Notes under the pieces: model-generated
What the model was told of the DNA's origin: nothing
Databases searched by the model: none
What the model saw: the letters and a program-made list of their open reading frames with translations, nothing else
DNA from: an uncultured Lachnospiraceae bacterium
GTDB taxonomy: Bacteria > Bacillota > Clostridia > Lachnospirales > Lachnospiraceae
NCBI GenBank assembly: GCA_947630855.1
Contig: CANRJF010000002.1
Coordinates: forward strand, 1,112-65,111
Direction: 5' to 3'
DNA length: 64,000 bases
Program-made: the position numbers and the translations under genes
Shown here: positions 48,331 to 58,885 of the stretch, piece by piece
Layout of the letters: the number at the start of each line of letters is the position of its first letter
Numbering within the stretch: position 1 is the first letter of the stretch

Positions 48331-48346
48331 CATTAAGTGTTCAATG
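48331..48346 (-). repeat. 16-nt element CATTAAGTGTTCAATG directly after the rpsH stop (second copy at 53424-53439 after rplW)
   Basis: The two 16-mers are identical. In RNA sense, CAUUGAACACUUAAUG can fold as a 6-bp hairpin with a 4-nt loop. Confidence 0.8.
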
Positions 48347-48748
48347 TCACCACACAAATGCCAAAACTTCGCCGCCAACCTGCAGCTTTCTGGCCTGTTT
48401 ATCAGTGATAATTCCCTGGTTTGTGGACAAAATGGCAATTCCCAAACCGCCAAGCACCTGGGGAATCTTATCCTTTCCGGCATATACCCGGAGTCCCGGT
48501 TTGGAGATTCTCTTTATGCCGGAAATGATTTTCTCATTCTTATCTGCACCATATTTTAATGTAATGCGGATTGTTTTATAACTGCCTTCGTCTATCATCT
48601 CATATTTTTCAATATATCCTTCATCCACTAAAATGTCAGCGATTGCAACTTTCATCTTAGAAGATGGAATATCAACTGTATCATGTTTTGCAGTGTTTGC
48701 ATTACGGATTCTTGTAAGCATATCTGCAATTGGATCACTCATTGTCAT
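48347..48748 (-). CDS. rpsH: 30S ribosomal protein S8
   Basis: The start was trimmed to [17 protein letters not shown] (ATG at 48748, after AAGGAGGA). Confidence 0.95.
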   Translation of the reverse strand: MTMSDPIADMLTRIRNANTAKHDTVDIPSSKMKVAIADILVDEGYIEKYEMIDEGSYKTIRITLKYGADKNEKIISGIKRISKPGLRVYAGKDKIPQVLGGLGIAILSTNQGIITDKQARKLQVGGEVLAFVW

Positions 48749-48765
48749 GTTGATTTTCCTCCTTT

Positions 48766-48951
48766 TTACCAAGATGCCTTTTTGACACCCGGAATCTGTC
48801 CCTTATATGCTAATTCACGGAAACAAACTCTGCAAACACCGTATTTTCTCAAATATGCATGTGGACGCCCGCAGATTCTGCAACGACTGTATTCCCTTGT
48901 AGAGAATTTCTGTTTACGCTGCTGTTTTACTTTCATAGATGTTTTAGCCAT
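48766..48951 (-). CDS. rpsN: 30S ribosomal protein S14 (type Z, zinc-binding)
   Basis: The start was trimmed to [12 protein letters not shown]. 61 aa with CRICGRP...CRVC. Confidence 0.9.
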   Translation of the reverse strand: MAKTSMKVKQQRKQKFSTREYSRCRICGRPHAYLRKYGVCRVCFRELAYKGQIPGVKKASW

Positions 48952-48967
48952 TAAAATTTCCTCCTGA

Positions 48968-49507
48968 TTACTTTGCAAATGGCATACCGAACTGTGCCAA
49001 TAACTCACGGCCCTCCTCGTCGGTCTTTGCCGTAGTTACGAAAATAACATCCATACCCCTTATTTTGTCAATCTTATCATACTCAATTTCAGGGAAGATT
49101 AACTGCTCTTTAATACCCAGGGCATAATTACCTCTGCCGTCAAAGGCGTTAGGATTAATACCTCTGAAGTCACGTACACGGGGTAATGCAAGGTTCACAA
49201 GACGGTCCAAAAACTCATACATTTTCTCACCTCTTAAAGTAACTTTGCACCCGATGGACATGCCCTCTCTTATTTTAAAGTTGGCAACAGAATTTTTTGC
49301 CTTTGTGACAACTGCTTTCTGGCCTGTGATGGTTTCCATATCTTTAACAGCCGCCTCTAAAATTTTTGCATTTTCTTTTGCCTCGCCAACGCCCATATTA
49401 AGCACGATTTTCTCCAGCTTCGGCACTTGCATCACATTTTTATATCCGAACTTTTTCATTAAAGTACCAACGATTTCGTTCTGATACTGCTCTCTAAGTC
49501 TACTCAA
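48968..49507 (-). CDS. rplE: 50S ribosomal protein L5
   Basis: 179 aa; sequence and operon position. Confidence 0.95.
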   Translation of the reverse strand: MSRLREQYQNEIVGTLMKKFGYKNVMQVPKLEKIVLNMGVGEAKENAKILEAAVKDMETITGQKAVVTKAKNSVANFKIREGMSIGCKVTLRGEKMYEFLDRLVNLALPRVRDFRGINPNAFDGRGNYALGIKEQLIFPEIEYDKIDKIRGMDVIFVTTAKTDEEGRELLAQFGMPFAK

Positions 49508-49531
49508 CTGTTTCGTCCTCCTCTCTTAAGA

Positions 49532-49843
49532 TTAATCGATTACGTCACCAGTTGATTTGGCAAAACGGACTTTTTTATCCCCATCCATCTTAAATCCTAT
49601 ACGGGTAGGCTTTCCTTTGTGGAGATACATCACATTTGACACATCAATTGGCCCTTCCTGATGAACGATACCGCCCTGCTGATTCTGCATGCTTGGTTTT
49701 GCATGTTTTGTCACCATGTTGATACCTTCAACAAGAAGCGTATGGTTTTTCCTGTTTACGGAAATTACTTTTCCTTCTTTATCTTTATCTCTTCCGGCAA
49801 TTACTTTTACCATATCGCCTTTTTTAATTTTTGTTGTAGCCAT
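49532..49843 (-). CDS. rplX: 50S ribosomal protein L24
   Basis: 103 aa; KKGDMVKVIAGRDKDKEGKV. Confidence 0.95.
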   Translation of the reverse strand: MATTKIKKGDMVKVIAGRDKDKEGKVISVNRKNHTLLVEGINMVTKHAKPSMQNQQGGIVHQEGPIDVSNVMYLHKGKPTRIGFKMDGDKKVRFAKSTGDVID

Positions 49844-49856
49844 CTAAAAGCACCTC

Positions 49857-50225
49857 CTACAATACTTCCGGAGCCAGAGAAACGATTTTCATAAACTGTT
49901 TCTCACGAAGCTCTCTTGCCACCGGCCCAAAGATACGTGTCCCTCTGGGAGTCTTGTCATCTTTGATAATAACAGCAGCATTTTCATCAAATTTAATATA
50001 TGAACCATCTTTACGACGGGCGCCTTTTTTGGAACGGACAACTACTGCTTTAACCACATCACCTTTTTTAACAACGCCGCCTGGTGTTGCATCTTTTACC
50101 GTAGCAACAATTATATCACCGATATTGGCATATCTTCTGGTAGAACCACCCATAACACGAATGCAGAGGATTTCTTTTGCTCCTGTGTTATCGGCTACTT
50201 TCAGTCTACTTTCCTGTTGTACCAT
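49857..50225 (-). CDS. rplN: 50S ribosomal protein L14
   Basis: 122 aa; [18 protein letters not shown]. Confidence 0.95.
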   Translation of the reverse strand: MVQQESRLKVADNTGAKEILCIRVMGGSTRRYANIGDIIVATVKDATPGGVVKKGDVVKAVVVRSKKGARRKDGSYIKFDENAAVIIKDDKTPRGTRIFGPVARELREKQFMKIVSLAPEVL

Positions 50226-50243
50226 GCTTGCAGCCTCCTTTAA

Positions 50244-50501
50244 TTATTTTGCTCTCTCCACAATCTCTACAAGCCTCCATCTTTTATCCTTGGATAAAGG
50301 TCTTGTCTCCATTACTCTTACGGTATCACCTATTTTGCACTCATTATTTTCATCATGTGCTTTTAATTTATAGGTTTTTTTCACAATTTTATTATAAAGT
50401 GGATGTCTTACATTATTTCTGACAGCAACAACAATGGTCTTATTCATTTTGTCACTTACCACCACACCTGTACGTGTTTTCCTAAGATTTCTTTCTTCCA
50501 C
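50244..50501 (-). CDS. rpsQ: 30S ribosomal protein S17
   Basis: 85 aa; sequence and operon position. Confidence 0.95.
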   Translation of the reverse strand: MEERNLRKTRTGVVVSDKMNKTIVVAVRNNVRHPLYNKIVKKTYKLKAHDENNECKIGDTVRVMETRPLSKDKRWRLVEIVERAK

Positions 50502-50523
50502 GATTTATACGCTCCTTCCCGCC

Positions 50524-50733
50524 TTATTCCACTGCGCTTGCTTTCTCAGTAATAATAGTCTGAATCCTGGCAATATTTCTTCTGACCTCTTTGATTCTGC
50601 TGGTATTTTCCAATTGATTTGTTGCATTCTGGAATCTCAAATTGAAAAGCTCTTTTTTTGCTTCAACCAACTGTGATTTCAAATCAGCCACAGACTGGGA
50701 TCTTAATTCTTCTAAATATTTATTCGTTTTCAT
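50524..50733 (-). CDS. rpmC: 50S ribosomal protein L29
   Basis: The start was trimmed to [11 protein letters not shown]. It overlaps the rplP 3' end. Confidence 0.9.
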   Translation of the reverse strand: MKTNKYLEELRSQSVADLKSQLVEAKKELFNLRFQNATNQLENTSRIKEVRRNIARIQTIITEKASAVE

Positions 50734-51160
50734 TTGATTCACCGCCTTCTAAGTCTGCACGAGAAACTACTTTACATTTACAAGGTAATTTGTGTGTAGC
50801 AAGACGCAATGCCTCTCTGGCGATTTCATCCGATACTCCGGAGATTTCAAATAAGACACGTCCTGGTTTTACCACAGCTACCCAGTATTCTAATGTTCCT
50901 TTTCCAGAACCCATACGGGTCTCAGCCGGTTTTGCAGTTACTGGTTTATCCGGGAAAATTTTAATCCAAACCTGACCGCCACGCTTGATATAACGTGTCA
51001 TGGCAATACGGGCAGCCTCAATCTGGTTTGATTTAATCCAGCATGGTTCTAAAGCGATAATACCATATTCTCCATTGGTAATCTTATTTCCTCTGGATGC
51101 CTTACCCCGCATACTTCCGCGGAACTGCTTACGATGTTTAACTCTTTTTGGCATTAACAT
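50720..51160 (-). CDS. rplP: 50S ribosomal protein L16
   Basis: 146 aa; [15 protein letters not shown]. Confidence 0.95.
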   Translation of the reverse strand: MLMPKRVKHRKQFRGSMRGKASRGNKITNGEYGIIALEPCWIKSNQIEAARIAMTRYIKRGGQVWIKIFPDKPVTAKPAETRMGSGKGTLEYWVAVVKPGRVLFEISGVSDEIAREALRLATHKLPCKCKVVSRADLEGGESNENE

Positions 51161-51162
51161 AA

Positions 51163-51819
51163 TTACTGAGCTCCTCCTTCCTTATTTCCCTTTGTAGGAA
51201 GTACTTCTCCTTTATATACCCATACTTTTACGCCCACTTTTCCGTAAGTCGTATCAGCTTCGGCAAATCCGTAATCAATATCTGCACGAAGGGTCTGAAG
51301 GGGGATATTTCCCTCACTGTAAAACTCGGTACGGGCCATATCAGCTCCGCCCAAACGTCCTGAACAGGATGTCTTAATTCCTTTTGCCCCTGCTTTCATG
51401 CAGCGTCCCATACAGGATTTCATTGCACGGCGGAAAGAAACACGGTTCTCAAGCTGTAATGCAATGTTCTCCGCTACTAACTGGGCATCCTTATCCGGCC
51501 TCTTTACTTCTTTAATATCAACTACCAGTTTTTTGTCCGTTAATTTCTGGACTTCTGCTTTTACTTTCTCGATTTCTGCGCCGCCTTTACCGATTACCAC
51601 ACCCGGCTTTGCCGTGTAGATAATTACTTTTACCCTGTCGGACGCACGTTCAATTTCGATTTTAGAAACGCCTGCTGCGTATAATTTTTTCTTAAGGAAT
51701 GTTCTGATATTGTAGTCCTCTATCAAAAAGTCTGCAAAATCTGCTTCCGCATACCACTTAGAGTCCCAGTCTTTAATAATTCCGACTCTTAAGCCATGTG
51801 GATTCACTTTCTGTCCCAT
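51163..51819 (-). CDS. rpsC: 30S ribosomal protein S3
   Basis: 218 aa; [13 protein letters not shown]. Confidence 0.95.
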   Translation of the reverse strand: MGQKVNPHGLRVGIIKDWDSKWYAEADFADFLIEDYNIRTFLKKKLYAAGVSKIEIERASDRVKVIIYTAKPGVVIGKGGAEIEKVKAEVQKLTDKKLVVDIKEVKRPDKDAQLVAENIALQLENRVSFRRAMKSCMGRCMKAGAKGIKTSCSGRLGGADMARTEFYSEGNIPLQTLRADIDYGFAEADTTYGKVGVKVWVYKGEVLPTKGNKEGGAQ

Positions 51820-51830
51820 GTTTGCCCTCC

Positions 51831-52217
51831 TTATCTTTCATCAAGCACAATTGTAATATGACTCATTCTCTTCTCGATTCTGTAAGCCCTTCCCTGTGCC
51901 CTTGGTCTGATTCTCTTCATTGTCGGCCCTTTATTTGCATAACACTCTGCAATGTAAAGGTCCTCTGCTCTTAACCCGTTATTATTTTCTGCATTTGCGA
52001 TGGCAGATTTTAATAATTTCTCAATAACCCTTGAAGCATATCTGGGATTGTAAGCCACAATAGCCAGGGCTGTTGTAACATCTTTTCCACGAATCGCATC
52101 TAACACGAAACAAGCCTTCTGAACTGAAATTCTTGCATAGGATAACTTTGCGGAAGGTCTTGTATCTTTTACTGCATTTCTCTCTCTCTTAATCTGGGAT
52201 CTATGTCCTTTAGCCAT
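51831..52217 (-). CDS. rplV: 50S ribosomal protein L22
   Basis: 128 aa; sequence and operon position. Confidence 0.95.
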   Translation of the reverse strand: MAKGHRSQIKRERNAVKDTRPSAKLSYARISVQKACFVLDAIRGKDVTTALAIVAYNPRYASRVIEKLLKSAIANAENNNGLRAEDLYIAECYANKGPTMKRIRPRAQGRAYRIEKRMSHITIVLDER

Positions 52218-52237
52218 GGAATCCGCCTCCTTTCAAA

Positions 52238-52519
52238 TTATCTTACGCCTGATTTCTTTTCGTCTTTGCCATGTCCTCTGTAAGTTCTTGTTGCCACAAA
52301 CTCACCCAGCTTGTGTCCAACCATGTCTTCCGTAATATATACAGGAACGTGTTTTCTTCCGTCGTGAACTGCAATGGTGTGACCTACGAATGAAGGAAAG
52401 ATTGTAGAACGGCGAGACCATGTTTTAATCACGCTCTTATCGCCGGAAGCGTTCATTGCATCAATCTTTTTTAATAAACTCTCATCCGCAAATGGTCCTT
52501 TTTTTAATGAACGACCCAT
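52238..52519 (-). CDS. rpsS: 30S ribosomal protein S19
   Basis: 93 aa; [10 protein letters not shown]. Confidence 0.95.
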   Translation of the reverse strand: MGRSLKKGPFADESLLKKIDAMNASGDKSVIKTWSRRSTIFPSFVGHTIAVHDGRKHVPVYITEDMVGHKLGEFVATRTYRGHGKDEKKSGVR

Positions 52520-52533
52520 AACTTCTCATCCTC

Positions 52534-53376
52534 CTATTTTATTGCCCTACCGTCTCTTCTTCTTACGATAAGCTTATTAGATTGTTTGTGTTTCTTTCTG
52601 GTCTTAAGGCCAAGCGCCGGTTTACCCCATGGTGTACATGGACCCGGACGTCCGATGGGAGCCCTTCCCTCACCACCGCCGTGTGGATGGTCATTGGGGT
52701 TCATAACAGAACCGCGGACAGTAGGACGAATGCCCATATGTCTTTTACGTCCGGCTTTTCCGATGTTAATCAGGTTATGGTCTCCGTTGCCTACTATACC
52801 GATAGTTGCCCGGCATCCGATTGGAACCATGCGCATCTCCCCGGAAGGAAGCCTTAGCGTTGCATATTTTCCCTCTTTTGCCATAAGCTGTGCCGCATTT
52901 CCTGCCGCACGAACCATCTGTCCTCCCTTGCCGGGAAGAAGTTCAATGTTGTGTACCTGAGTACCCACAGGAATGTTCTCTAAAGGCAGGCAGTTGCCCA
53001 CGCGAACCTCTGCCGTCGGCCCGCTCATAACCATCATGCCGTCTGTCAGTCCTGCCGGAGCGAGGATATATGCTTTCTCGCCGTCTGCATAGCAGATTAA
53101 TGCAATGTTTGCCGTTCTGTTAGGGTCATATTCGATTCCCATAACAGTTGCGGGAATCCCGTCTTTTCTTCTCTTAAAATCAATAATTCTGTATTTTCTT
53201 CTGTTTCCACCGCCATGGTGTCTTACAGTGATTTTACCCTGGTTATTACGCCCGGAATTTTTCTTTAAAGAAACACATAAGGATTTTTCAGGAGTGGTTT
53301 TTGTTATCTCAGAGAAATCCGAACCTGTCATGTTTCTTCTGGAAGGTGTATATGGGTTATATGTCTTAATTCCCAT
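52534..53376 (-). CDS. rplB: 50S ribosomal protein L2
   Basis: 280 aa; sequence and operon position. Confidence 0.95.
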   Translation of the reverse strand: MGIKTYNPYTPSRRNMTGSDFSEITKTTPEKSLCVSLKKNSGRNNQGKITVRHHGGGNRRKYRIIDFKRRKDGIPATVMGIEYDPNRTANIALICYADGEKAYILAPAGLTDGMMVMSGPTAEVRVGNCLPLENIPVGTQVHNIELLPGKGGQMVRAAGNAAQLMAKEGKYATLRLPSGEMRMVPIGCRATIGIVGNGDHNLINIGKAGRKRHMGIRPTVRGSVMNPNDHPHGGGEGRAPIGRPGPCTPWGKPALGLKTRKKHKQSNKLIVRRRDGRAIK

Positions 53377-53440
53377 TGTAATTCTCCTTTCGGTTCATTT
53401 TTTAATAATATCACGCTTGGTTTCATTAAGTGTTCAATGC

Positions 53441-53740
53441 TTACAAGCCTTCAAAAATCTTAATATCGGCGCTGTCTTCCGTAAGCTGTACGATTGCCTT
53501 TTTCGCTGCCGCCGTCCTGCCTACTACCATTCCCCGTCTCCTCTTTTTACCCTGAATGTTCATGGTGTTGACTTTAGCAACTTTTGCCCCATCAAACATT
53601 TTTTCAACGGCTTCCTTAATCATGGTCTTATTTGCTTCAGGATGAACATAGAATGTGTATTTCCTCTCAGCCATTGCATTCATGCTCTTTTCCGTTACCA
53701 CCGGTTTGAGGATTACATCATAATATTGTACATTTGCCAT
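53441..53740 (-). CDS. rplW: 50S ribosomal protein L23
   Basis: 99 aa; sequence and operon position. Confidence 0.95.
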   Translation of the reverse strand: MANVQYYDVILKPVVTEKSMNAMAERKYTFYVHPEANKTMIKEAVEKMFDGAKVAKVNTMNIQGKKRRRGMVVGRTAAAKKAIVQLTEDSADIKIFEGL

Positions 53741-54360
53741 TATGCATACACCTCCTGGATTGCTTCAACAGCAGCTTTTGTAACAACTACCGTATTATAT
53801 TTTAAAATATCATACACATTGATTGTTGCTGTGGGAGCTGTCTTAATGTTTGGAACATTGGCTGCGGATTTTATCACATTTAAATCGTTATCGCCAAGAA
53901 CCACCAACGCTTTATCCACATTTATATTCTTCATAACTTCAACAAATTTCTTTGTCTTAATCTCATCAAGTTTCAATTCATCCAAAACAATGAATTTGTT
54001 TTCCGCAACTCTGGAAGTCAGCGCAGACCTAAGCGCCGCCCTCTTCTCTTTTTTATTCATCTTAAAAGAATAATCCCTGGGAACAGGAGCGAATACCATG
54101 CCGCCGCCTTTCCACTGGGGAGCCCTGATGGAACCCTGTCTTGCATGACCGGTTCCTTTCTGTCTCCATGGTTTTCTTCCGCCGCCCCGGACTTCAGAAC
54201 GTGTCTTCGCTTTCTGTGTTCCCTGACGTTTATTTGCAAGATACTGGACTACTGCCATATGCACTAAATGTTCATTGACTTTTACGCCGAAGACAGCATC
54301 ATTTAAATCCATGGTTCCGACTTCTTTACCCTGCATATTTAAAACAGATACTGTTGCCAT
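53740..54360 (-). CDS. rplD: 50S ribosomal protein L4
   Basis: 206 aa; RGGGRKPWRQKGTGHARQGS. Confidence 0.95.
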   Translation of the reverse strand: MATVSVLNMQGKEVGTMDLNDAVFGVKVNEHLVHMAVVQYLANKRQGTQKAKTRSEVRGGGRKPWRQKGTGHARQGSIRAPQWKGGGMVFAPVPRDYSFKMNKKEKRAALRSALTSRVAENKFIVLDELKLDEIKTKKFVEVMKNINVDKALVVLGDNDLNVIKSAANVPNIKTAPTATINVYDILKYNTVVVTKAAVEAIQEVYA

Positions 54361-54387
54361 CTGTAAATTCCTCCTTTCTGCCTGGCA

Positions 54388-55071
54388 CTATTTTGCCACT
54401 TTCACCGATTCCTTAATTGTTATTAATGATTTCTTAGGCCCTGGTACGGAACCTTTAATAAGAAGCAGATTGTTCTCTGCATCCACACGGACAACTTCAA
54501 GATTCTGAACTGTCGCTTTTACATGTCCCATATGTCCCGGCATTCCTTTTCCTTTAAATACACGGCTTGGGGAGGAACATGCTCCGTTTGAGCCCTGATG
54601 ACGATGGAATTTAGAACCGTGAGTCATTGGCCCTCTGTGCTGGCCATGCCGTTTAATAGCGCCCTGGAATCCCTTACCCTTTGTGATTGCAGTGGCATCT
54701 ACTTTATCTCCTACGGCAAAGATATCTGCCTTGATTTCGTCTGCCGGTTTATAATCCTGGGAATTTTCAAACTTAAACTCCCTGACATATCTCTTACCGG
54801 ATACTCCTGCTTTATCAAAATGCCCTTTCTCTGCCTTGTTTACACCATGTCTGTTCCTGATTTCTTTCTTGCCGTTTGCGTCTTTGTTGACAACCTTCTC
54901 TTTCTTGTCCACAAATCCAACCTGTACTGCGTCGTAACCGTCGTTTTCCATGGTTTTTACCTGGGTTACCACACATGGGCCGGCCTGCAATACGGTAACA
55001 GGCACCAAAGTGCCGTCTTCATTGAAAATCTGAGTCATTCCGACTTTCATGCCTAAAATAGCCTTTTTCAT
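54388..55071 (-). CDS. rplC: 50S ribosomal protein L3
   Basis: 227 aa; [12 protein letters not shown]. Confidence 0.95.
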   Translation of the reverse strand: MKKAILGMKVGMTQIFNEDGTLVPVTVLQAGPCVVTQVKTMENDGYDAVQVGFVDKKEKVVNKDANGKKEIRNRHGVNKAEKGHFDKAGVSGKRYVREFKFENSQDYKPADEIKADIFAVGDKVDATAITKGKGFQGAIKRHGQHRGPMTHGSKFHRHQGSNGACSSPSRVFKGKGMPGHMGHVKATVQNLEVVRVDAENNLLLIKGSVPGPKKSLITIKESVKVAK

Positions 55072-55129
55072 TTTTTACCTCCTGTTTTTCCACAGCGGAA
55101 CGTTTTCGCGTTCATCCTAGAATGGCTGG

Positions 55130-55447
55130 TTACTTATTCTTCATTTTAATATCGATGTACACACCGGCGGGCATCTCCAAACGTGACAATGCGTCAACCG
55201 TTTTCTGAGTCGGTGTAATAATATCAATCAGCCTTTTATGAGTTCTCTGCTCAAACTGCTCTCTGGAATATTTGTACTTGTGTACAGCCCTAAGAATAGT
55301 AACTACCTCTTTCTTCGTGGGAAGGGGTACCGGGCCGCTCACCTGTGCTCCGTTCTTCTTTACAGTTTCAATAATTTTTTGGGCAGATGCATCCACAAGC
55401 GCATGATCATACGCCTTTAATGTGATTCTCATTACCTGACTTGCCAT
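55130..55447 (-). CDS. rpsJ: 30S ribosomal protein S10
   Basis: 105 aa; [13 protein letters not shown]. Confidence 0.95.
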   Translation of the reverse strand: MASQVMRITLKAYDHALVDASAQKIIETVKKNGAQVSGPVPLPTKKEVVTILRAVHKYKYSREQFEQRTHKRLIDIITPTQKTVDALSRLEMPAGVYIDIKMKNK

Positions 55448-55673
55448 AAAAAAAGTCGCCTCCTTTTCGCACTTTACTTCAGTACGACAAGCGGTGACTG
55501 CACACTCTCCCGTGTGTGTCCTACAAACACTTTCACGGTTTCTACCTACCGTAGATTACTTTGTGATACAGTGACTTGTCGCCAGTTTCCTAACTTGACA
55601 TTCGCTCCACGGAAAACCTGCCACTTGGGGCAGCAACCTCACGCTTCATCGCTATCATGCCACAGCACTTGGT

Positions 55674-55702
55674 ATTATACAACAGCAAAAAAGAAAATGC
55701 AA
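55674..55702 (-). promoter_or_regulatory. sigma-A promoter of the S10 operon
   Basis: In minus sense: TTGCAT (55702-55697), a 17-nt spacer, then TATAAT (55679-55674). This leaves a leader of roughly 220 nt before rpsJ. Confidence 0.6.
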
Positions 55703-55795
55703 GCATTTTTTTAAAAATTGACCACTTGTGTTTTTTCCTGCATTTCCATATACTAATAAATACTAATAAAAAACATATTACGAAAGGAAATCATT

Positions 55796-56656
55796 ATGTG
55801 GCTGGCAGACAACTGGAAAGATTATGAAATTATAGATTGTTCCCGGGGGGAAAAACTGGAGCGCTGGGGGGATTACCTTCTTGTACGCCCGGACCCCCAG
55901 GTAATCTGGGACACTCCCAGAAAGCATAAGGGCTGGAAAGAAAGAAACGGCCACTACCACAGAAGCAAAAAGGGAGGCGGCGAATGGGAATTTTTTCATC
56001 TGCCGGACCAATGGCAGATAAGATACGGTTCCCTTACCTTCCATTTAAAACCCTTTAGCTTTAAACATACGGGGCTTTTCCCGGAACAGGCGGTAAACTG
56101 GGACTGGTGTGCCGGAAAAATCCGTGATGCCCGCCGTCCCGTAAAAATTTTAAACCTGTTTGCATACACCGGCGGGGCAACCCTCTCCGCCGCCGCTGCC
56201 GGGGCAAGCGTTACCCATGTGGATGCCTCAAAAGGCATGGTGGCATGGGCAAAGGAAAACGCCATATCTTCCGGCTTAAAAGACGCCCCCATCCGCTGGA
56301 TTGTGGACGACTGCGTAAAATTTGTAGAACGGGAAATACGCAGGGGCAATAAATATGATGCCGTCATTATGGATCCCCCTTCTTACGGCAGGGGGCCAAA
56401 AGGGGAAATCTGGAAAATAGAAGATTCCATCTACCCTTTTATCAGGCTTTGTGCCCGTCTTTTATCGGATGAACCTGTTTTTTTCCTTGTAAATTCCTAT
56501 ACCACCGGCCTTGCCCCCGCCGTATTGGCATATATGCTGGAACTGGAATTAAAAAAGTATCATGGAAATATTTCTGCGGATGAAATCGGGCTTACCGTAT
56601 CCGCAAGCGGGCTTGTCCTTCCCTGCGGCGCGTCCGGCAGGTTCTTTATGAAATGA
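55796..56656 (+). CDS. class I SAM-dependent methyltransferase (RlmI/YcbY-like catalytic domain)
   Basis: 286 aa; ILNLFAYTGGATLSAA, IMDPPSYGRG. Confidence 0.7.
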   Translation: MWLADNWKDYEIIDCSRGEKLERWGDYLLVRPDPQVIWDTPRKHKGWKERNGHYHRSKKGGGEWEFFHLPDQWQIRYGSLTFHLKPFSFKHTGLFPEQAVNWDWCAGKIRDARRPVKILNLFAYTGGATLSAAAAGASVTHVDASKGMVAWAKENAISSGLKDAPIRWIVDDCVKFVEREIRRGNKYDAVIMDPPSYGRGPKGEIWKIEDSIYPFIRLCARLLSDEPVFFLVNSYTTGLAPAVLAYMLELELKKYHGNISADEIGLTVSASGLVLPCGASGRFFMK

Positions 56657-56772
56657 ATTAGACAAAAACTGCCCTTGGTATTGTTAAAGATTTACAGTTT
56701 TTTATTAATCATTGCAAATTTTTCGTTCAGAGTGTATAGTATATCTATACGTACAAACAAAGGAGGACAGTC

Positions 56773-58872
56773 ATGAAAAAAAATAGAAAGCTTAAAAAAG
56801 CAAACGGCAGTCACTCTAAACATTTTTTTAATAAAAAAAAGGAAGATAATAAACATTTAAAACCCTTTAACTTAAAGCTTCAGATTTTTGTAGGTTTCAT
56901 TATTCCCATTATTATTGTGGTAATTGTTGGGTTTTCCTGTTATGAGCAGGCGGCAGACGGATTAATTGAAACTTATGAAAACTCTAATTTTACTTCCATT
57001 GAAATGGCTTCACAGTTAATAGATTTCGGGCTTCAGGGTATTCTCTCCAGCGCCGCTGAAATTTCAACGGATTCCAACTTCTTAAATTATACATCCAGCA
57101 ATTCTACATTAAATGCCTTACAGGCAAAAAATGATATGAAAAGCACGATTTTAATGAAGCAGTTATCCAATGATTTTATAAAATACATACATTTAATACC
57201 CGACAGTGACAGCCCTGCCCTTTCCACCGTAAATATCGGCAATGTAACCTCTTCCACCATTTATGAGGATATACGGGCGGAATTGGAACCGCAGTTTTCC
57301 GCCACTTCCAATACGGATAAGTGGTGTTCCGACCACACTGTTCTTGACGAGAAATTTAAAATTTCCACAGACAATTATGCCGGTTCCGTATGCCTTCTGG
57401 GCAACTATAAAAGGACTATGATTATTCTCGATGTTGACAACGCCAAAATCCAGTCTATCCTCAGCAAAATTGCCCTTGGAGATGGAAGCGTCATCAGCTA
57501 TCACACAAAGGAAGGCAAGAGCATTACCGTTGGATTGGAAGATTTTACTTTTACTGACAAAGAATATGCCCAAAATGCATTTACTTCCCAGGAATACAGT
57601 GGCAAATCCTATGTTACGGAAAACGGCAGGGAATACCTTTATATGTATAGCAGAAGCCAGATAAACAATGCAGTGATTTCCGCCCTTGTTCCAAAGTCCG
57701 TTATTACGGCACAGGCATTACGTATCCGCAGAACCGTTATTTTATCCATTATTATTGCCTCTGTGATTGTGGGAATCGTAGGATTACTGATTCTTATTGG
57801 ATTACAGAAGAATCTGCGTAGAATTACCGACGGGCTGATTAAGGCTTCCCAGGGTGATTTAACTGTAAACTTCGGCATGGAAGGCAAAAGCGAATTTGCC
57901 GTTCTTGCAAGACATGTGATGGAAACTCTGGGGAATACAAAGAACCTGATTTCCAGCGTACAAAACACCACCCAGGATGTATCCACATCATCCAATAACG
58001 TAGGCAGGGTATCCGATGTCATCCATTCATCCGTGGAGGCAATCTCAGATGCCATAAACGAAATCAACGGGGGCGTCAACAATGAGGCCAATGAGGCGGA
58101 GGAATGCCTGTCAAAAATGGATTCCCTCTCCGGGAAAATCATACGTACAGGTGATAAACTTTCTGAAGTGGAGCAATTGGCAGACAATACAAAGCAGATG
58201 GTACAGGATGGCTCTAACTCCATGGAACGGTTAATTGAACAATCTTATGAAACTTCTGAGATTACGGCAACCGTAAACGAAAAAGTTGACAAGTTAATCG
58301 AACATTCCAGTCAGATTGAAGAGTTTGTTAAAAACATTAACGATATTGCAGACCAGACCACCCTGTTATCCTTAAATGCCTCCATTGAAGCCGCAAGGGC
58401 AGGAGAAATGGGACGGGGATTTACCGTAGTTGCCGAGGAGATTAAGAAATTATCTGAAAACTCCATGGAATCCGCTAAAGCAATTGAGGATTTGGTAAGC
58501 CAGATTCATGTTATGACAGACGACGCCAAAGCAGCCACTTCCAAGTCCCAGGATATTGTTAAAAACCAGCAGGAAATGGTGGCTGCTACGAAGAAGATGT
58601 TCTTAGACATGAATGAAATGATTGAACATTTACTGGAGAATATGAAACAGGTAGCCCTTGAGATAGAAAGCATGGATATTGACCGGGCGGACACATTAAA
58701 CTCCATTAAGAACATTTCCGACGTTATAGAAGAAACCTTAGCCTCCACCAACCTGGTAAGCGAACGTATCAGGGAACAGGCATCTATAATGGACGGACTG
58801 ACGGATGCCACCCACCAGTTAAATGATAATACTGCTGAATTAAGCAATGCAGTAAGTAAATTCCAATTATAA
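56773..58872 (+). CDS. methyl-accepting chemotaxis protein
   Basis: 699 aa; the signalling core is [33 protein letters not shown]. Confidence 0.9.
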   Translation: MKKNRKLKKANGSHSKHFFNKKKEDNKHLKPFNLKLQIFVGFIIPIIIVVIVGFSCYEQAADGLIETYENSNFTSIEMASQLIDFGLQGILSSAAEISTDSNFLNYTSSNSTLNALQAKNDMKSTILMKQLSNDFIKYIHLIPDSDSPALSTVNIGNVTSSTIYEDIRAELEPQFSATSNTDKWCSDHTVLDEKFKISTDNYAGSVCLLGNYKRTMIILDVDNAKIQSILSKIALGDGSVISYHTKEGKSITVGLEDFTFTDKEYAQNAFTSQEYSGKSYVTENGREYLYMYSRSQINNAVISALVPKSVITAQALRIRRTVILSIIIASVIVGIVGLLILIGLQKNLRRITDGLIKASQGDLTVNFGMEGKSEFAVLARHVMETLGNTKNLISSVQNTTQDVSTSSNNVGRVSDVIHSSVEAISDAINEINGGVNNEANEAEECLSKMDSLSGKIIRTGDKLSEVEQLADNTKQMVQDGSNSMERLIEQSYETSEITATVNEKVDKLIEHSSQIEEFVKNINDIADQTTLLSLNASIEAARAGEMGRGFTVVAEEIKKLSENSMESAKAIEDLVSQIHVMTDDAKAATSKSQDIVKNQQEMVAATKKMFLDMNEMIEHLLENMKQVALEIESMDIDRADTLNSIKNISDVIEETLASTNLVSERIREQASIMDGLTDATHQLNDNTAELSNAVSKFQL

Positions 58873-58885
58873 AGAGGAGCATTTC

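Noticed and set aside
53105-54073. 322-aa plus-strand ORF
   Set aside because: It is entirely antisense to rplB, rplW and rplD, which are unambiguous. It is a Phe/Leu/Ser-rich shadow frame with no RBS context.
57639-58223. 194-aa minus-strand ORF inside the second MCP
   Set aside because: It is an antisense shadow of a well-supported MCP gene.
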